Notes: generated by a model not told the origin, from the letters alone. A stretch of 44,976 bases of DNA from a virus (IMGVR_UViG_3300048851_000200:1-44976); one strand, 5' to 3'; counted from the stretch's first letter, positions 35,794 to 44,976 are shown. Numbers and translations are program-made.

Positions 35794-37319
35794 TTCTCAT
35801 CGTCCGGATAGACGACAGTGTAGACCAGCCGCTCTTTGTGCTTGTCCCCGCGCGCCTTGAACTCGCCGCCGCCAGCCAGCTGCACAAGGTGCCCCTGTTC
35901 CACGAGTAGGTTGATTGCTCTGGCCAGGATCATGGCAGGCCGAACGTTCTTTGGCGCGTTGCGGGCGAGCCAGCGCTTGCCTACGGCAATCAGCTTCTCC
36001 TTACGGATGAACTCGACCAGCGTGTGCGCGTTGTCGGAGTCTTCGTCGACCGAGCCCGCGTTGAATAAGCGCAGAGCTTCGGAGAGGTAGAATTGGCCGA
36101 GCGCGATCCCCGCGTTCATCGCGGCCGGTGATATGCCGTCGCGCACGACGTGCTCACCGCCTTCGAAGTAGGAGATGACCGCTGCCAGCCGCAGGGCATG
36201 CTGCGCCATCTTCGACGCTAGGTCGCTGATCTCGGCGAGCTGGCCGTCCGGTCCTTGCTGCTTCTCAAGGTGGTCGCTGAACTGGATCCAGATGACACGC
36301 GCATCCGGCTGGAGCGTCACCCTCGAAAACTCCAACTCGCGCGTCTCGGGGTTCATCCTCGAGAATGCGCCCTGCAGTAGGCTGCTCAGCCGCGACTGGT
36401 ACGCCGCAAGGTCATCACGGGATTGCTGGGTCGGTTCGCGCCACAGGCGCTGGCCCTTGATGCTTTTTGGGTACGTGATGAGCATGCGGCTCATCATGCC
36501 CTGGTCCCGAAGCGCCTTATTGCCGAAGAGCTTCATCGCGACGCCCGGCTGGACCATCAGGTGCAGTGACATGCGCCGGCCGTCGAGGATCTTTGTTACG
36601 TCCGTGCCGCGAACCCGCTTGATCGGCTTACCGTCCCATAGCTGCGACAGCACAGCACCGGTCTTCGCCTGCTGCTCGTCCTGCATGCTGTAGCCGCCAA
36701 GGAAGGCCGCGCCCTCGTCCGAGAACAGCCCGATGGAGGGATATGCTTCGTCGAGCAGCTTCACGATGCCCTCGGTCGTCGGCTCCTCGACTAGCAGCAT
36801 CGGCAACGCCGGCGGCGTCGGCGGATTGCCGCATGCCTCCATCTCTTCCTGGATCTGGAACTTGGACTTCTTGCCGCGCTTGGCGGCGCTCACCGCCGCA
36901 TCATACGCCGCCTTCTCGATCGTGAACTGCTGCTGCTTCGGCTCGAAGCCTTCGCGCAGTTCCTTCTCGCGCCGATAGACGGGCCCGAGGGCGCGCTTGT
37001 CGCAGCTGGACTTGCGATCGCCGCTGGCCGCCACGGTGAACAAGAACAACGACGATGGGATGACCTCGCCGGTTGGCATCTCGATTTCGATCCGGGTCTG
37101 TGCAACGATGGCGCACGCGCCGAGCACGGCCTGAGCAGCGATCGAGACCGGGATTTGCACGATGTCGACCAGGCCCCGGATGCAATCGGCCAGCCGCCGC
37201 GGCAATGCCGCGAGCGGGTACTCCTCGGGATCGCCGACCGACGGCCGGAACTCGATCGGTTGGCCGAGGGTCTCCGGCGGTGGCGCGTCGAACGCGCTGA
37301 AGCCTGCTTCCAGTGTCAC
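35790..37319 (-). CDS. DUF3987/YfjI-family P-loop protein (putative replicative helicase)
   Basis: YPLAALP, SLFLFTVAASGDRKS, T.EG, DE...F, LWDG...R, QP and ALRLAA motifs. Confidence 0.88.
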   Translation of the reverse strand: MTLEAGFSAFDAPPPETLGQPIEFRPSVGDPEEYPLAALPRRLADCIRGLVDIVQIPVSIAAQAVLGACAIVAQTRIEIEMPTGEVIPSSLFLFTVAASGDRKSSCDKRALGPVYRREKELREGFEPKQQQFTIEKAAYDAAVSAAKRGKKSKFQIQEEMEACGNPPTPPALPMLLVEEPTTEGIVKLLDEAYPSIGLFSDEGAAFLGGYSMQDEQQAKTGAVLSQLWDGKPIKRVRGTDVTKILDGRRMSLHLMVQPGVAMKLFGNKALRDQGMMSRMLITYPKSIKGQRLWREPTQQSRDDLAAYQSRLSSLLQGAFSRMNPETRELEFSRVTLQPDARVIWIQFSDHLEKQQGPDGQLAEISDLASKMAQHALRLAAVISYFEGGEHVVRDGISPAAMNAGIALGQFYLSEALRLFNAGSVDEDSDNAHTLVEFIRKEKLIAVGKRWLARNAPKNVRPAMILARAINLLVEQGHLVQLAGGGEFKARGDKHKERLVYTVVYPDDEK

Positions 37320-38341
37320 TTACGGATACCCCGCAGGTGATCGTTCCAGTCGTTGAAGCCGTCGGGCGGGTATGCCTCTGACACGCGCAGGCCCGAAGAG
37401 AGCGCAGTTTCGCGTGCCCTGGCAAGCGAGGCTCGGCTCGACTGGTCATTGTCGCCGGCCAGACAGACCGATTGCACCTCTGGCGGATAGGCGACCTGGG
37501 GCAGCAGCGCGTCGCCGACTGCCACCCAGATGGAACGGTCGGGCATTGCCTGCAGCAGGCTCAAGCCATTCTCCGGTCCGGGGCAGACGATAAGATGTTC
37601 GGCGACTGGACCAAGCCGGAGTGCCGATCCGACGATCACGCCAAAGCTGAGCTTCGCCTTCGCCTTGGTGCCGTCTGGGCGAGCACGCTCGAACTTGCGC
37701 CGCCCGCCATCCATCAGGAACACGCACTGGACGCCGACGACTGCCCCAGTCACGTCCTGCAGCGCGCATGCGAGCGCCGGATGATCTCGGCCGACCTCGC
37801 CTGTCTCGCTATCGCGCCAGCGCGGCGTCATGACGAAACGGACCGTCGGCGGCAGATCGATCGTGATGCCTCGAACCTGCGCGTACACGCCGGCTGGTGT
37901 GCCCGCGGCTGGGACGGTGCGCGCCCAGATCGAGCGGGCGAGCGTGATGCGGTCGGTTGTGTCTCGCTCGCCAGCGGCTTTGCGCTTAGCGCGCTCGTCT
38001 TCGCTGATCGTTGGGAACTCGTCGCCCGTCAGAACCTCGACAGCCTGGCGGAAGGTCATGCCTTCCTGCTTCATCAGGAACGTGATCGCGTCGCCGCCAG
38101 CGCCGCAGCCGTGGCAATGGTAGGTGCCCTTATTGTCGTTCACTTCCAGGCTGGGGCTGCGCTCCTGGTGAAAGCAGCACAGGCCGACCATCTCGCGCGA
38201 ACCGCGCTTCCTCAAATCCGTGTGGCGACCGATGATGTCGGAGATCGAGTGGCTGTCGCGGGCGCGGTCGACGAGTTCCCGGAACTCATGCTCGGGCAGG
38301 CCGCGCGGCGGATGCCCTGCTCCTCCCGTGATGCGCGGCAT
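37316..38341 (-). CDS. DNA primase: CHC2 zinc finger plus TOPRIM domain
   Basis: LCCFHQERSPS...YHCHGCGAGGDAI, GDND and DWND motifs; ATG 38341. Confidence 0.9.
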   Translation of the reverse strand: MPRITGGAGHPPRGLPEHEFRELVDRARDSHSISDIIGRHTDLRKRGSREMVGLCCFHQERSPSLEVNDNKGTYHCHGCGAGGDAITFLMKQEGMTFRQAVEVLTGDEFPTISEDERAKRKAAGERDTTDRITLARSIWARTVPAAGTPAGVYAQVRGITIDLPPTVRFVMTPRWRDSETGEVGRDHPALACALQDVTGAVVGVQCVFLMDGGRRKFERARPDGTKAKAKLSFGVIVGSALRLGPVAEHLIVCPGPENGLSLLQAMPDRSIWVAVGDALLPQVAYPPEVQSVCLAGDNDQSSRASLARARETALSSGLRVSEAYPPDGFNDWNDHLRGIRK

Positions 38342-38343
38342 GT

Positions 38344-38562
38344 TCAGGCCTTCGCCTTGGCGAGGTAAGCGATCGTTGCTGGGGGAACCTCGAAGCCGAG
38401 GCGCCCGATAGCCGCCAGCACGGCCGCACGCCGCCACGGTGGAATGTCGCCCTTCTGCTTCCAAGAGTAGACGGTCTGCTTCGGACACCGCAGTTCTGCG
38501 GCGAGGGCGGAAGCGCGCTTCCGCTCGGAGAAAATGGCTGCGACTTCCGACATCGGCCGCAT
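38344..38562 (-). CDS. Cro-like HTH repressor
   Basis: ASALAAEL..PKQTVYSWKQKG.IP.WR; divergent from cI; start 38562 or 38553. Confidence 0.82.
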   Translation of the reverse strand: MRPMSEVAAIFSERKRASALAAELRCPKQTVYSWKQKGDIPPWRRAAVLAAIGRLGFEVPPATIAYLAKAKA

Positions 38563-38595
38563 GTTCCGCTTTTCACGTCTCAAATCAAGACTTGA

Positions 38596-38612
38596 GTGAC
38601 GAAATTCATAAT
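38596..38612. promoter_or_regulatory. Putative repressor operator (O_R-like)
   Basis: GTGACGAAATTCATAAT, a 13/17 match to the palindrome at 39250. Confidence 0.55.
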
Positions 38613-38646
38613 ATCTTAGGGGAGAAGGGCGCGATAAGGCGCATCT

Positions 38647-39222
38647 ATGAGCATCGGAAAGATCAGATTGTCGTCAGCCCAGCTCCTAGCGGCGCTTAAG
38701 GCAGCAGGGGTACCGCAGCGAGCTGTGGCGACGAAACTCGCCCTGGCCCCTTCTGCTGTTAGCATGCTCTTCAAGGGCCAGCGCGCCCTGAAGCATGATG
38801 AGGCCATTCAACTGCAAGAGCTGCTGGGCCTAGAAGACGGCGGGGCGGCCGGCCGCGACATCCCCCTGATCGGGATGACAGGCGCAGGCAAATGGCTCGA
38901 AGCCATTGAGGTCGCACGCAAGACGGTCTGGGTACCAGCGGGCACGGAAGGCACCTTCGCGGTTGAGGTCGTCGGCGACAGCATGAACGTCCTGCTGCCT
39001 GAAGGCTCGATTGCGATCATCGACCCTGAGCAAACCGAGGTCTACGGCGGCAAGCTCTACCTTCTGCGAAACAGCGAGGGGGAGGCAACAATCAAACGCT
39101 ACCGCACCGACCCTTCGCGGTTCGAACCTGTATCCGATAATCCTGAATATGTGCCGTTTTCGATAGGCTCTACCGACTTCCGAGTGATCGGTCGCGTGAC
39201 AGGCGGCCTGACGACGTTCTGA
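38647..39222 (+). CDS. CI-like repressor, HTH plus S24 autopeptidase
   Basis: N-terminal HTH; Ala-Gly cleavage site (GAG); GDSM catalytic Ser; TIKR catalytic Lys. Confidence 0.92.
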   Translation: MSIGKIRLSSAQLLAALKAAGVPQRAVATKLALAPSAVSMLFKGQRALKHDEAIQLQELLGLEDGGAAGRDIPLIGMTGAGKWLEAIEVARKTVWVPAGTEGTFAVEVVGDSMNVLLPEGSIAIIDPEQTEVYGGKLYLLRNSEGEATIKRYRTDPSRFEPVSDNPEYVPFSIGSTDFRVIGRVTGGLTTF

Positions 39223-39241
39223 TTATCTTTACGATCTCGTA

Positions 39242-39270
39242 TTGACACAGTTATGAAAATCATAACACTT
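39242..39270 (+). promoter_or_regulatory. Early (P_L-like) promoter with overlapping palindromic operator
   Basis: TTGACA at 39242 followed by GTTATGA-AAA-TCATAAC (39250-39266). Confidence 0.7.
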
Positions 39271-39406
39271 AGCGGCATCGGAGACGATCGCCGCATGGCC
39301 GCTGACCCTCCGAGCCGCAGGTAAGGAAAAGCGCGCCGTGCGTCCGTAGCAAGCTCGGGCCGGCCTCCGCCAACCTCCTGCATCACTCTTGATGGGGAGG
39401 CCGCTG

Positions 39407-39604
39407 ATGCGCGCCACGATTACGACAGCAGCACAGGCTGCGAACAAGATCCTGAAAGCCATCGAGCCCTGGTATGACTGGGGGCGGACCTACATCAGCC
39501 GCATGGACACGAACGATGAGGGCCCCGGCCGCTTCGTTGAATTGCAGTGGCTGGGCCTGAATTCCACCATTTTTATCGGCTGCACGCCGAAGCGGGAGGG
39601 CTGA
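39407..39604 (+). CDS. Hypothetical early protein
   Basis: GGGGAGG RBS before ATG 39407. Confidence 0.65.
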   Translation: MRATITTAAQAANKILKAIEPWYDWGRTYISRMDTNDEGPGRFVELQWLGLNSTIFIGCTPKREG

Positions 39605-39606
39605 TC

Positions 39607-40194
39607 ATGGCCCAGACCGAGACGAAGCCCGCGATCGAGTGGGCACCACCCGTTATTAACAACGTGCCGCGGGCGCTCGGCGACCTGGCATGCCTCATCG
39701 ACCGCCTGCGAGCCCTGCTCGACAGCAATATCGAAGGCATGCGCGAGGCGTTCATCGACGTTCCTGTCGAGGGCCCAGGGCTCAGCAAGCAGGCGTACAC
39801 GCTCTGGATGATCTTCGTGCTTGCCGGTGAGAAGCTCGCCGAGATCGACACGATCACGGCCGCGGTATGCGAGGTTGCACAGACTGAGACACTGAGCAGT
39901 CGCTGCAGTTCGGTTGCGCGCCACACGCAGCTGATGCGTTCTCAAGCTTGGCGCCAGGCGGTCAACGCCTTGAACGCCGCGAACACCTCGGCAGACATGA
40001 GTGATGCCGCCATCGATCTTGCCGGTCGGTGCTTCCTGCAGATGATGCGCACCCGCGTCGCTACGCTGGATGATTTTCGCGAGAAGCTGGGCCTCATTGA
40101 CGCGAATGCCGGCTTCACTGGACCACACCTCGACGAGCTGTTTCGCGACCTCGATATACTTGGCGCCCGTGCCCGGCGGGCGGTGGCAGCATGA
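39607..40194 (+). CDS. Hypothetical early protein
   Basis: GGGAGGG RBS before ATG 39607; coupled to the next gene. Confidence 0.75.
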   Translation: MAQTETKPAIEWAPPVINNVPRALGDLACLIDRLRALLDSNIEGMREAFIDVPVEGPGLSKQAYTLWMIFVLAGEKLAEIDTITAAVCEVAQTETLSSRCSSVARHTQLMRSQAWRQAVNALNAANTSADMSDAAIDLAGRCFLQMMRTRVATLDDFREKLGLIDANAGFTGPHLDELFRDLDILGARARRAVAA

Positions 40195-40949
40195 GCGCGC
40201 CGAACTCTGTAGCCGAGGTGCTGGCGTCCATTGACGCTGCTCGCACCTTCCCCGCCTACGATCCTGAGCACCCCAGTGAAGAGATCATCGGCGCGTGGGA
40301 GAAGGTGCGAAGCTGGAGGGATTGGCTCTACCAGCAGGACGACATCAACGGCTGCGCCACCGACGACTGGTCGAAAGAGCACACCGATCGGCTCGATGAC
40401 GAGCACATAGCCCTAGAAGGCTTTGTTCGAGGGAACTGGGCCACGACGCCGGCAGGTGCGGCTGCTCAACTCTCGCTGATTGTCATCGATGTGGACCAAG
40501 GCGCATCACTTGAGCGGTGCATCGTCCAGGCCGGACTTCGCGCGGCCTATCTCCAGCGCGATGGCCTGGGGGATGGCAGCACTCAGCAGCTGATCCAGGT
40601 CGCCTACGAACTGCAGTGCATGGAGTGGGATCAGGCTCTCGCAGCCTACGAACGATCGAAGCCGATATGCAAGCTGGCGCACGACACCTTCAACGCCTTC
40701 GACACCTTGCAGAGGCGGCGTCCCGCGCTAGCCGACGATCTTGCCGCCCTACGCGATCTCGTCACCGCGACCGAACGAGCCGCAAGCAATCACAAGCTTG
40801 TCGAGCGGCTGATGAAAACGCTCGTCGCCGAGCGCGACGAACTGCCGCGCAAAATCCAGATCCTGATCGACGAGAACATGCTCGACGAAGCGGGGCCATG
40901 GCTGCTGCGTGACGTCGCCTACCTCAACGCCAGCACGAAGGAGGCATAA
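40191..40949 (+). CDS. Hypothetical early protein
   Basis: ATGA overlap; helical composition. Confidence 0.78.
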   Translation: MSAPNSVAEVLASIDAARTFPAYDPEHPSEEIIGAWEKVRSWRDWLYQQDDINGCATDDWSKEHTDRLDDEHIALEGFVRGNWATTPAGAAAQLSLIVIDVDQGASLERCIVQAGLRAAYLQRDGLGDGSTQQLIQVAYELQCMEWDQALAAYERSKPICKLAHDTFNAFDTLQRRRPALADDLAALRDLVTATERAASNHKLVERLMKTLVAERDELPRKIQILIDENMLDEAGPWLLRDVAYLNASTKEA

Positions 40950-40951
40950 CG

Positions 40952-41881
40952 ATGCGCTTCCATATCACCGCTGATTTCTCTGCCGCCCGTTCGGAGTTCG
41001 AACAAGCTGCGCGCGCCTACTCAGCTTGTTGCGATGTTCCTGGCATCACTCTCGATGAGGAGTTGCACGGCCCCGAGAGCAAAGCCGAGTCTGCCGCGCT
41101 TGATCGCCTGCTTGGCTTCCCTGCGGCCACTGCTGCCGAGATCGGCGCGAAGCTCGCGTTTATGCGAGAGCGGGAGGCTTATTGCTGGACCGGATACCCG
41201 GCGTGGATCGAGCAGATCGAGCGCGAACTGACCCAGCTTCAGCGTCCGTGCGTCAGCTCTGCTATGGCGCAGGCGTTCCATGATTGGAGCGCGAGCTGGA
41301 CGGCGTTCGTTGACGACCCTGATGACGGGGGCATGGCTGAAGCAAGCGCCGCCGCCTTTCTCGCCTTGATGGACGTTCCATGCTTCACGCCTGGCGACTT
41401 CATCGCCAAGGTGTACGTCAACCAACTCGGTGAGCATGGCTATACGTGCACCAGCGAGGACGCTGGCGGGTTTCTATTCGAACTCGACCAGCAAAATCTG
41501 ACCGGTAGCGGCGGCACTCACGACGATGCGGCGCAGATCGCTATCGCTCGCGACATTCGAGACTGCGACCTGGGCCGGTGCATGCTAGCCCTCGGCCGCG
41601 TCGACTTCGATCCCGCAGGATGGATCGCCGCTAGCCGTCGCGCACAAATGAAGGTCTACGTTGTCATTCAGCATGACGGTAGCCACTGGCTCTACACTGG
41701 CGAGCCTGATGGCGAAGTAGACGGGGGCCACGGCGACCGGTTCTTCATCTGCCAGGCGCTAATCGCCGGTGGGCTGGGCGTGATCGGCCAAGATCGCCGC
41801 AGCGCTGTCATCGACTACATCATCGATCACGAGCCAAAGCTGGTGATCGATTGTCGCCAACGGGTCGAGGCTGCGGCGTGA
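40952..41881 (+). CDS. Hypothetical early protein
   Basis: GGAGG RBS; long ORF within the operon. Confidence 0.78.
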   Translation: MRFHITADFSAARSEFEQAARAYSACCDVPGITLDEELHGPESKAESAALDRLLGFPAATAAEIGAKLAFMREREAYCWTGYPAWIEQIERELTQLQRPCVSSAMAQAFHDWSASWTAFVDDPDDGGMAEASAAAFLALMDVPCFTPGDFIAKVYVNQLGEHGYTCTSEDAGGFLFELDQQNLTGSGGTHDDAAQIAIARDIRDCDLGRCMLALGRVDFDPAGWIAASRRAQMKVYVVIQHDGSHWLYTGEPDGEVDGGHGDRFFICQALIAGGLGVIGQDRRSAVIDYIIDHEPKLVIDCRQRVEAAA

Positions 41882-42186
41882 CCCACCAGTGCAATTCAGT
41901 TCCCGCGCCGCCCCGCGCGGGAGTGTCAGCAACGGCGGGGTCATGCCCCCCCGCCCCGCCGTTGCTGGCCGAAGCCTGGCTGCTCGCCTGGGGTCGCATA
42001 GGCGGCGCCGTCACGATCGGCACCGATGGCAGGCTGCACCCATGGTTCCATCCCGAGATCGGCTGCGCTGACGACGATTGCGCCACTGTGCTGCTGGCCG
42101 AACTGGTCGACACGCCGGGCCTGCCAGCCGCAGTGCGGATCATCATCACCGCAGCGCTTCATCCCAAGCGGAGGCGCCCGGCATGA
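41878..42186 (+). CDS. Hypothetical protein
   Basis: GTGA overlap upstream and ATGA overlap downstream. Confidence 0.6.
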   Translation: MTHQCNSVPAPPRAGVSATAGSCPPAPPLLAEAWLLAWGRIGGAVTIGTDGRLHPWFHPEIGCADDDCATVLLAELVDTPGLPAAVRIIITAALHPKRRRPA

Positions 42187-42422
42187 GCGCGCCCATCATC
42201 CCCGCCCCGCTGACCAAGGAGGAGATCGTCACGCATCTCTCGAGTGGGGCATGCATCCAGCGCGATCGGCACGGTGCAGCCGTCATCATCATCGTCGGGC
42301 GATGCGCTGACGAGTGGGAGGAACTGCGCCGGGGCGGCTGGCTCAACATGACGACCAGCGGGACACTCGTGCTCAGCGAACGTGGTGTCGCAGCGATAGG
42401 TCGATTGGAGGCAAGGCGATGA
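42183..42422 (+). CDS. Hypothetical protein, possibly winged-helix-like
   Basis: GGAGG RBS; ATGA overlaps; C-terminal LSERG..A. Confidence 0.6.
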   Translation: MSAPIIPAPLTKEEIVTHLSSGACIQRDRHGAAVIIIVGRCADEWEELRRGGWLNMTTSGTLVLSERGVAAIGRLEARR

Positions 42423-42628
42423 CCAGCCCCTCGGACCGCGAGCTAACCGCCAGCGAGCAGATGCGAGATCGAATAGCCGACTTCATCCGAGTCGAGATCG
42501 ACCGACGGGAGTTCGGTGGAAGCACTGCGCAGCGGGTGCGGCCGGCGCTGATCGCGATCGAGCGCCAGATCCGCCGCATGCCTGGCCGCATCGCCCAAAT
42601 TGAAAGGAATGAACCGTGCAATTCATGA
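42419..42628 (+). CDS. Hypothetical protein
   Basis: GGAGG RBS; ATGA overlap. Confidence 0.6.
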   Translation: MTSPSDRELTASEQMRDRIADFIRVEIDRREFGGSTAQRVRPALIAIERQIRRMPGRIAQIERNEPCNS

Positions 42629-43125
42629 TCAGAGGTTTTGTCGGCGCCTCCTTCTATCCGATCGCAGACATCAAGGAGATGCGACACGCGTGGAAGGACG
42701 CGCGCGGCGGTGAGCACCCCGCCTTCATCGAGTTTAAGGACGGTCGCGATATCCGCGTGAACGACGCGGATATCAACAGGATCGTGCGTCAGTCGACGCC
42801 GATCGTACCAGCGACGCCCGGTTTCGAACTGCTTTATTTCGGCTATATGCCTGGCATCGAGGACCCCGGCCCGTGGGTTCATCGCGAGCCAATCATCGGC
42901 TGGCGAGACGGGCAGTACGGTGGCCTCGATCCGGTCGTCGTCGACTATGACTTCACCGAACTGGAGAACCAGCACGCAATCCTTCAGCCGGATGGCCGCA
43001 TCCAGAGGGGCGAACGCTGGTACGACAGCGAGCAGGCGTGGGTCGACGACATGAAGGCGATGGAAGACGCCGCGCATCATCGCAAGCAGCAAGACCAGGG
43101 AGGCGGCGATGGACCGGCGACGTGA
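42616..43125 (+). CDS. Hypothetical protein
   Basis: AAGGA RBS; host-like codon usage. Confidence 0.75.
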   Translation: MQFMIRGFVGASFYPIADIKEMRHAWKDARGGEHPAFIEFKDGRDIRVNDADINRIVRQSTPIVPATPGFELLYFGYMPGIEDPGPWVHREPIIGWRDGQYGGLDPVVVDYDFTELENQHAILQPDGRIQRGERWYDSEQAWVDDMKAMEDAAHHRKQQDQGGGDGPAT

Positions 43126-43309
43126 CAGCCTTGTCCGGCTAGCCGAGGTGAAGGCGCGTACCGGCTTGTCACGCACGACGATCTATCGCCGCATGGACGC
43201 GGGCACGTTCCCACCATCTAAGCCGATCAGCGCCGGACTTGTCGCCTGGTACGAGAGCGACATCGACGCGTGGGTCGAAAATCCCATGGGATGGAGGAAG
43301 CAGGCGTGA
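43109..43309 (+). CDS. AlpA-family regulator/excisionase
   Basis: LVRLAEVKARTGLSRTTIYRRM..GTFP...VAW.ESDI.AW. Confidence 0.93.
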   Translation: MDRRRDSLVRLAEVKARTGLSRTTIYRRMDAGTFPPSKPISAGLVAWYESDIDAWVENPMGWRKQA

Positions 43310-43572
43310 GGATACCCGAGATCCGCGACCGCCTTCACCAGCTCGCCGACGAGCATGGCATCGCCGAACTGCACGAGCTGGCCGACCAGACGCGCCGGCG
43401 GTCACCGCTGCGGATTGCCCGGTCCAGATGGCCTCGGCTCACTCCGGAGCAGCAGGAGGCCGTACGGGCCATGTATGAGGCGCAGCCGAGCATGGGCGTC
43501 AAAGACCTCGCCGATCGCTTCAGCACGTCGGTAGGGCGCGTCTCCGAGGCGATCAGGGGGTTCCGGTCGTGA
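43306..43572 (+). CDS. Small HTH-containing protein
   Basis: GTGA overlap; C-terminal KDLADRFSTSVGRVSEAIRG HTH. Confidence 0.7.
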   Translation: MRIPEIRDRLHQLADEHGIAELHELADQTRRRSPLRIARSRWPRLTPEQQEAVRAMYEAQPSMGVKDLADRFSTSVGRVSEAIRGFRS

Positions 43573-43817
43573 GGGCGAAAGAGCCGCCAGCCGACGAGGC
43601 CTATCAAGTGCAGCTGGACAACTGGGCGGAAGCGCTCGCGAACACGGCAAGCGACCTCATCGGCGACCCGCTCGATGCGGCTGGCGTGCTGATGCAGGCG
43701 GCCATGATGGTCTCGCTCAAGGCGATCGGTGTGCGCGAATATGCCGAGGCGCAACTTGCCGCCGCACAAAAGCTTCACGCCGAGATCATGGGCCCGTCGG
43801 CCGGTACGACGCATTGA
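43569..43817 (+). CDS. Hypothetical protein
   Basis: GTGA overlap; last gene before the att region. Confidence 0.65.
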   Translation: MRAKEPPADEAYQVQLDNWAEALANTASDLIGDPLDAAGVLMQAAMMVSLKAIGVREYAEAQLAAAQKLHAEIMGPSAGTTH

Positions 43818-43838
43818 TGTTGATAAGTCAAAATGGCT

Positions 43839-43859
43839 TCGGGGTATTGGTCGGGGTAT
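43839..43859 (+). repeat. Putative integrase arm-binding direct repeat
   Basis: TCGGGGTAT occurs twice with a 12-bp period, about 65 bp inside the att core. Confidence 0.6.
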
Positions 43860-43922
43860 CACTGCAAGTCCGCTCGCCAACATCGACGGAAAGCTGAGGG
43901 TTTCAGGGCTTATTGTGACGGG

Positions 43923-43936
43923 CTCCCGCTCCGCCA
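43923..43936 (+). other. att core (attR): duplicated tRNA 3' end, probably tRNA-Ser
   Basis: CTCCCGCTCCGCCA ends in discriminator G plus CCA; no complete tRNA upstream; lies between the last phage gene and the next integrase. Confidence 0.65.
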
Positions 43937-44116
43937 GGGCCTACATTTGTACGGCCTCTCACGAACTCCTGCGAATGACTGAAAGTGTCGGGATTCTGCG
44001 CTTTCACGTGGATTTGCGTTTGCCGGCGTTCGCCAAAGATCGTGGAAAGCCGTGCAAAGGTTACGCCCAAAACTATGGCTAGTCGGATTTCTCAGCGCCT
44101 GCTAAGAGCCGACTCA

Positions 44117-44941
44117 ATGCCCTCGCACGCGCGTAACAAACTTTCAGATCGGCGTGTTCAGTCGGAAAAGAAGCCCGGCATCTATGGCGATGGCGGTGGC
44201 CTATATCTGCGTATCCGCCCGAGTGGACGGTCATGGATCTTCATCGGCACGCTCAAGCCCAAGGGTCAGCGCAAGATCAAGGGCACCGGCAGCGGCGAGC
44301 GAATCGAACTCGGTTTAGGCTCGGCTCTGGACGTCGGATTGAAGAAGGCCCGCGAACGTGCCGAAGAAATCCGAGACATGCTGGTTGAAGGCATTGATCA
44401 CGGGTCGAACGGTTAAAGGTCAAGGAAGAGGCAAAGCCGGTCGTCGAGGCTCCTGCGGTGACCTTTGGTGCCTTTGCCATGGAACTGCTCGACACGATCG
44501 AGGACGGATTCAAAAACCCCAAGCATAGGGCCCAATGGCGCAGTACACTCAATTCCTATGCCAAGCCGCTCTTCGAGATGCCGATTGCGGACGTGACCAC
44601 CGAGCAGATCGTCGCCGTTCTCGAGCCCATCTGGCTGATCAAGCGTGAGACGGCCTCCAGGTTGCGCGGTCGCATCGAGCGTGTGCTGGATGCCGCCAAG
44701 GTCAAGGGATTGCGCGACGGTGACAATCCCGCGCGCAGTCGTGGCCACTTGGAGCTGCTGCTGCCCAAGAGCACGAAGGCGGTGCGGCACCATCCCGCCC
44801 TGCCCTACAAGCAAGTCGCCGACTTCCTTGCCAGCCTGCGTCAGCGTGCCGGAATAGCGGCGCGAGCGCTTGAGTTTACGATCCTCACAGCGGCACGCTC
44901 CGGTGAAACCCGCGGCATGACGTGGGCTGAGGTCAACCTAG
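44117..44941 (+). pseudogene. Second P4-family integrase, frameshifted and truncated
   Basis: NKLSDR..DGGGLYL arm domain; 1-bp frameshift near 44399 (GID-P-RVERLKV restored); ILTAARSGE.RG..W.E, after which homology is lost. Confidence 0.85.
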
Positions 44942-44976
44942 CAGGCTGCGGAAAAACCCTCATCCAGTTCGGTTGA
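44942..44976. mobile_element. Probable IS (IS5/IS1182-like) terminal inverted repeat interrupting the integrase
   Basis: CTAG (44938-44941) then CAGGCTGCGGAAAAA, exactly where integrase homology ends; only 35 bp are visible. Confidence 0.5.

Larger units (their letters stand above)
1..43936. mobile_element. Temperate siphovirus prophage (HK97-like head), apparently complete; left att lies upstream of the window
   Basis: Integrase at the left end; AlpA and a tRNA-3'-like att core at the right end; ordered lysis, tail, head, packaging, replication and cI/cro modules in between. Confidence 0.95.

Noticed and set aside
43880-43936. Complete tRNA gene
   Set aside because: Only the last ~14 nt look tRNA-like; no TTCGA T-loop or D-arm upstream.

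Overview
The window is an apparently complete temperate siphovirus prophage of about 44 kb (HK97-type head, long non-contractile tail) in an alphaproteobacterium. A sphingomonad host is likely, inferred from the MucR and MarR-like gene types and a GTTC-N7-GTTC LexA box. From left to right it carries: a P4-family integrase; an accessory island (SOS-boxed HIRAN gene, YozE-like gene, Panacea/DUF4065 antitoxin with a 2-TM partner, two paralogous unannotated small-RNA-like units, four DNA-binding regulators); lysis genes; an acyltransferase-3 moron; tail, head and packaging genes on the minus strand; a NusG-like antiterminator; a DUF3987/primase replication module with an iteron-like origin; a cro/cI switch; early hypotheticals; and an AlpA excisionase. 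A tRNA 3'-end-like att core lies at 43923-43936. It is followed by a second integrase that is frameshifted and probably cut by an IS. The most striking observation is that the major tail tube gene is duplicated, and the second copy (about 70% identical, ungapped) is fused to a GH28-like beta-helix depolymerase. That fusion gene lies tail-to-tail with a polysaccharide O-acyltransferase. All family assignments come from reading motifs by eye; no database search was run.
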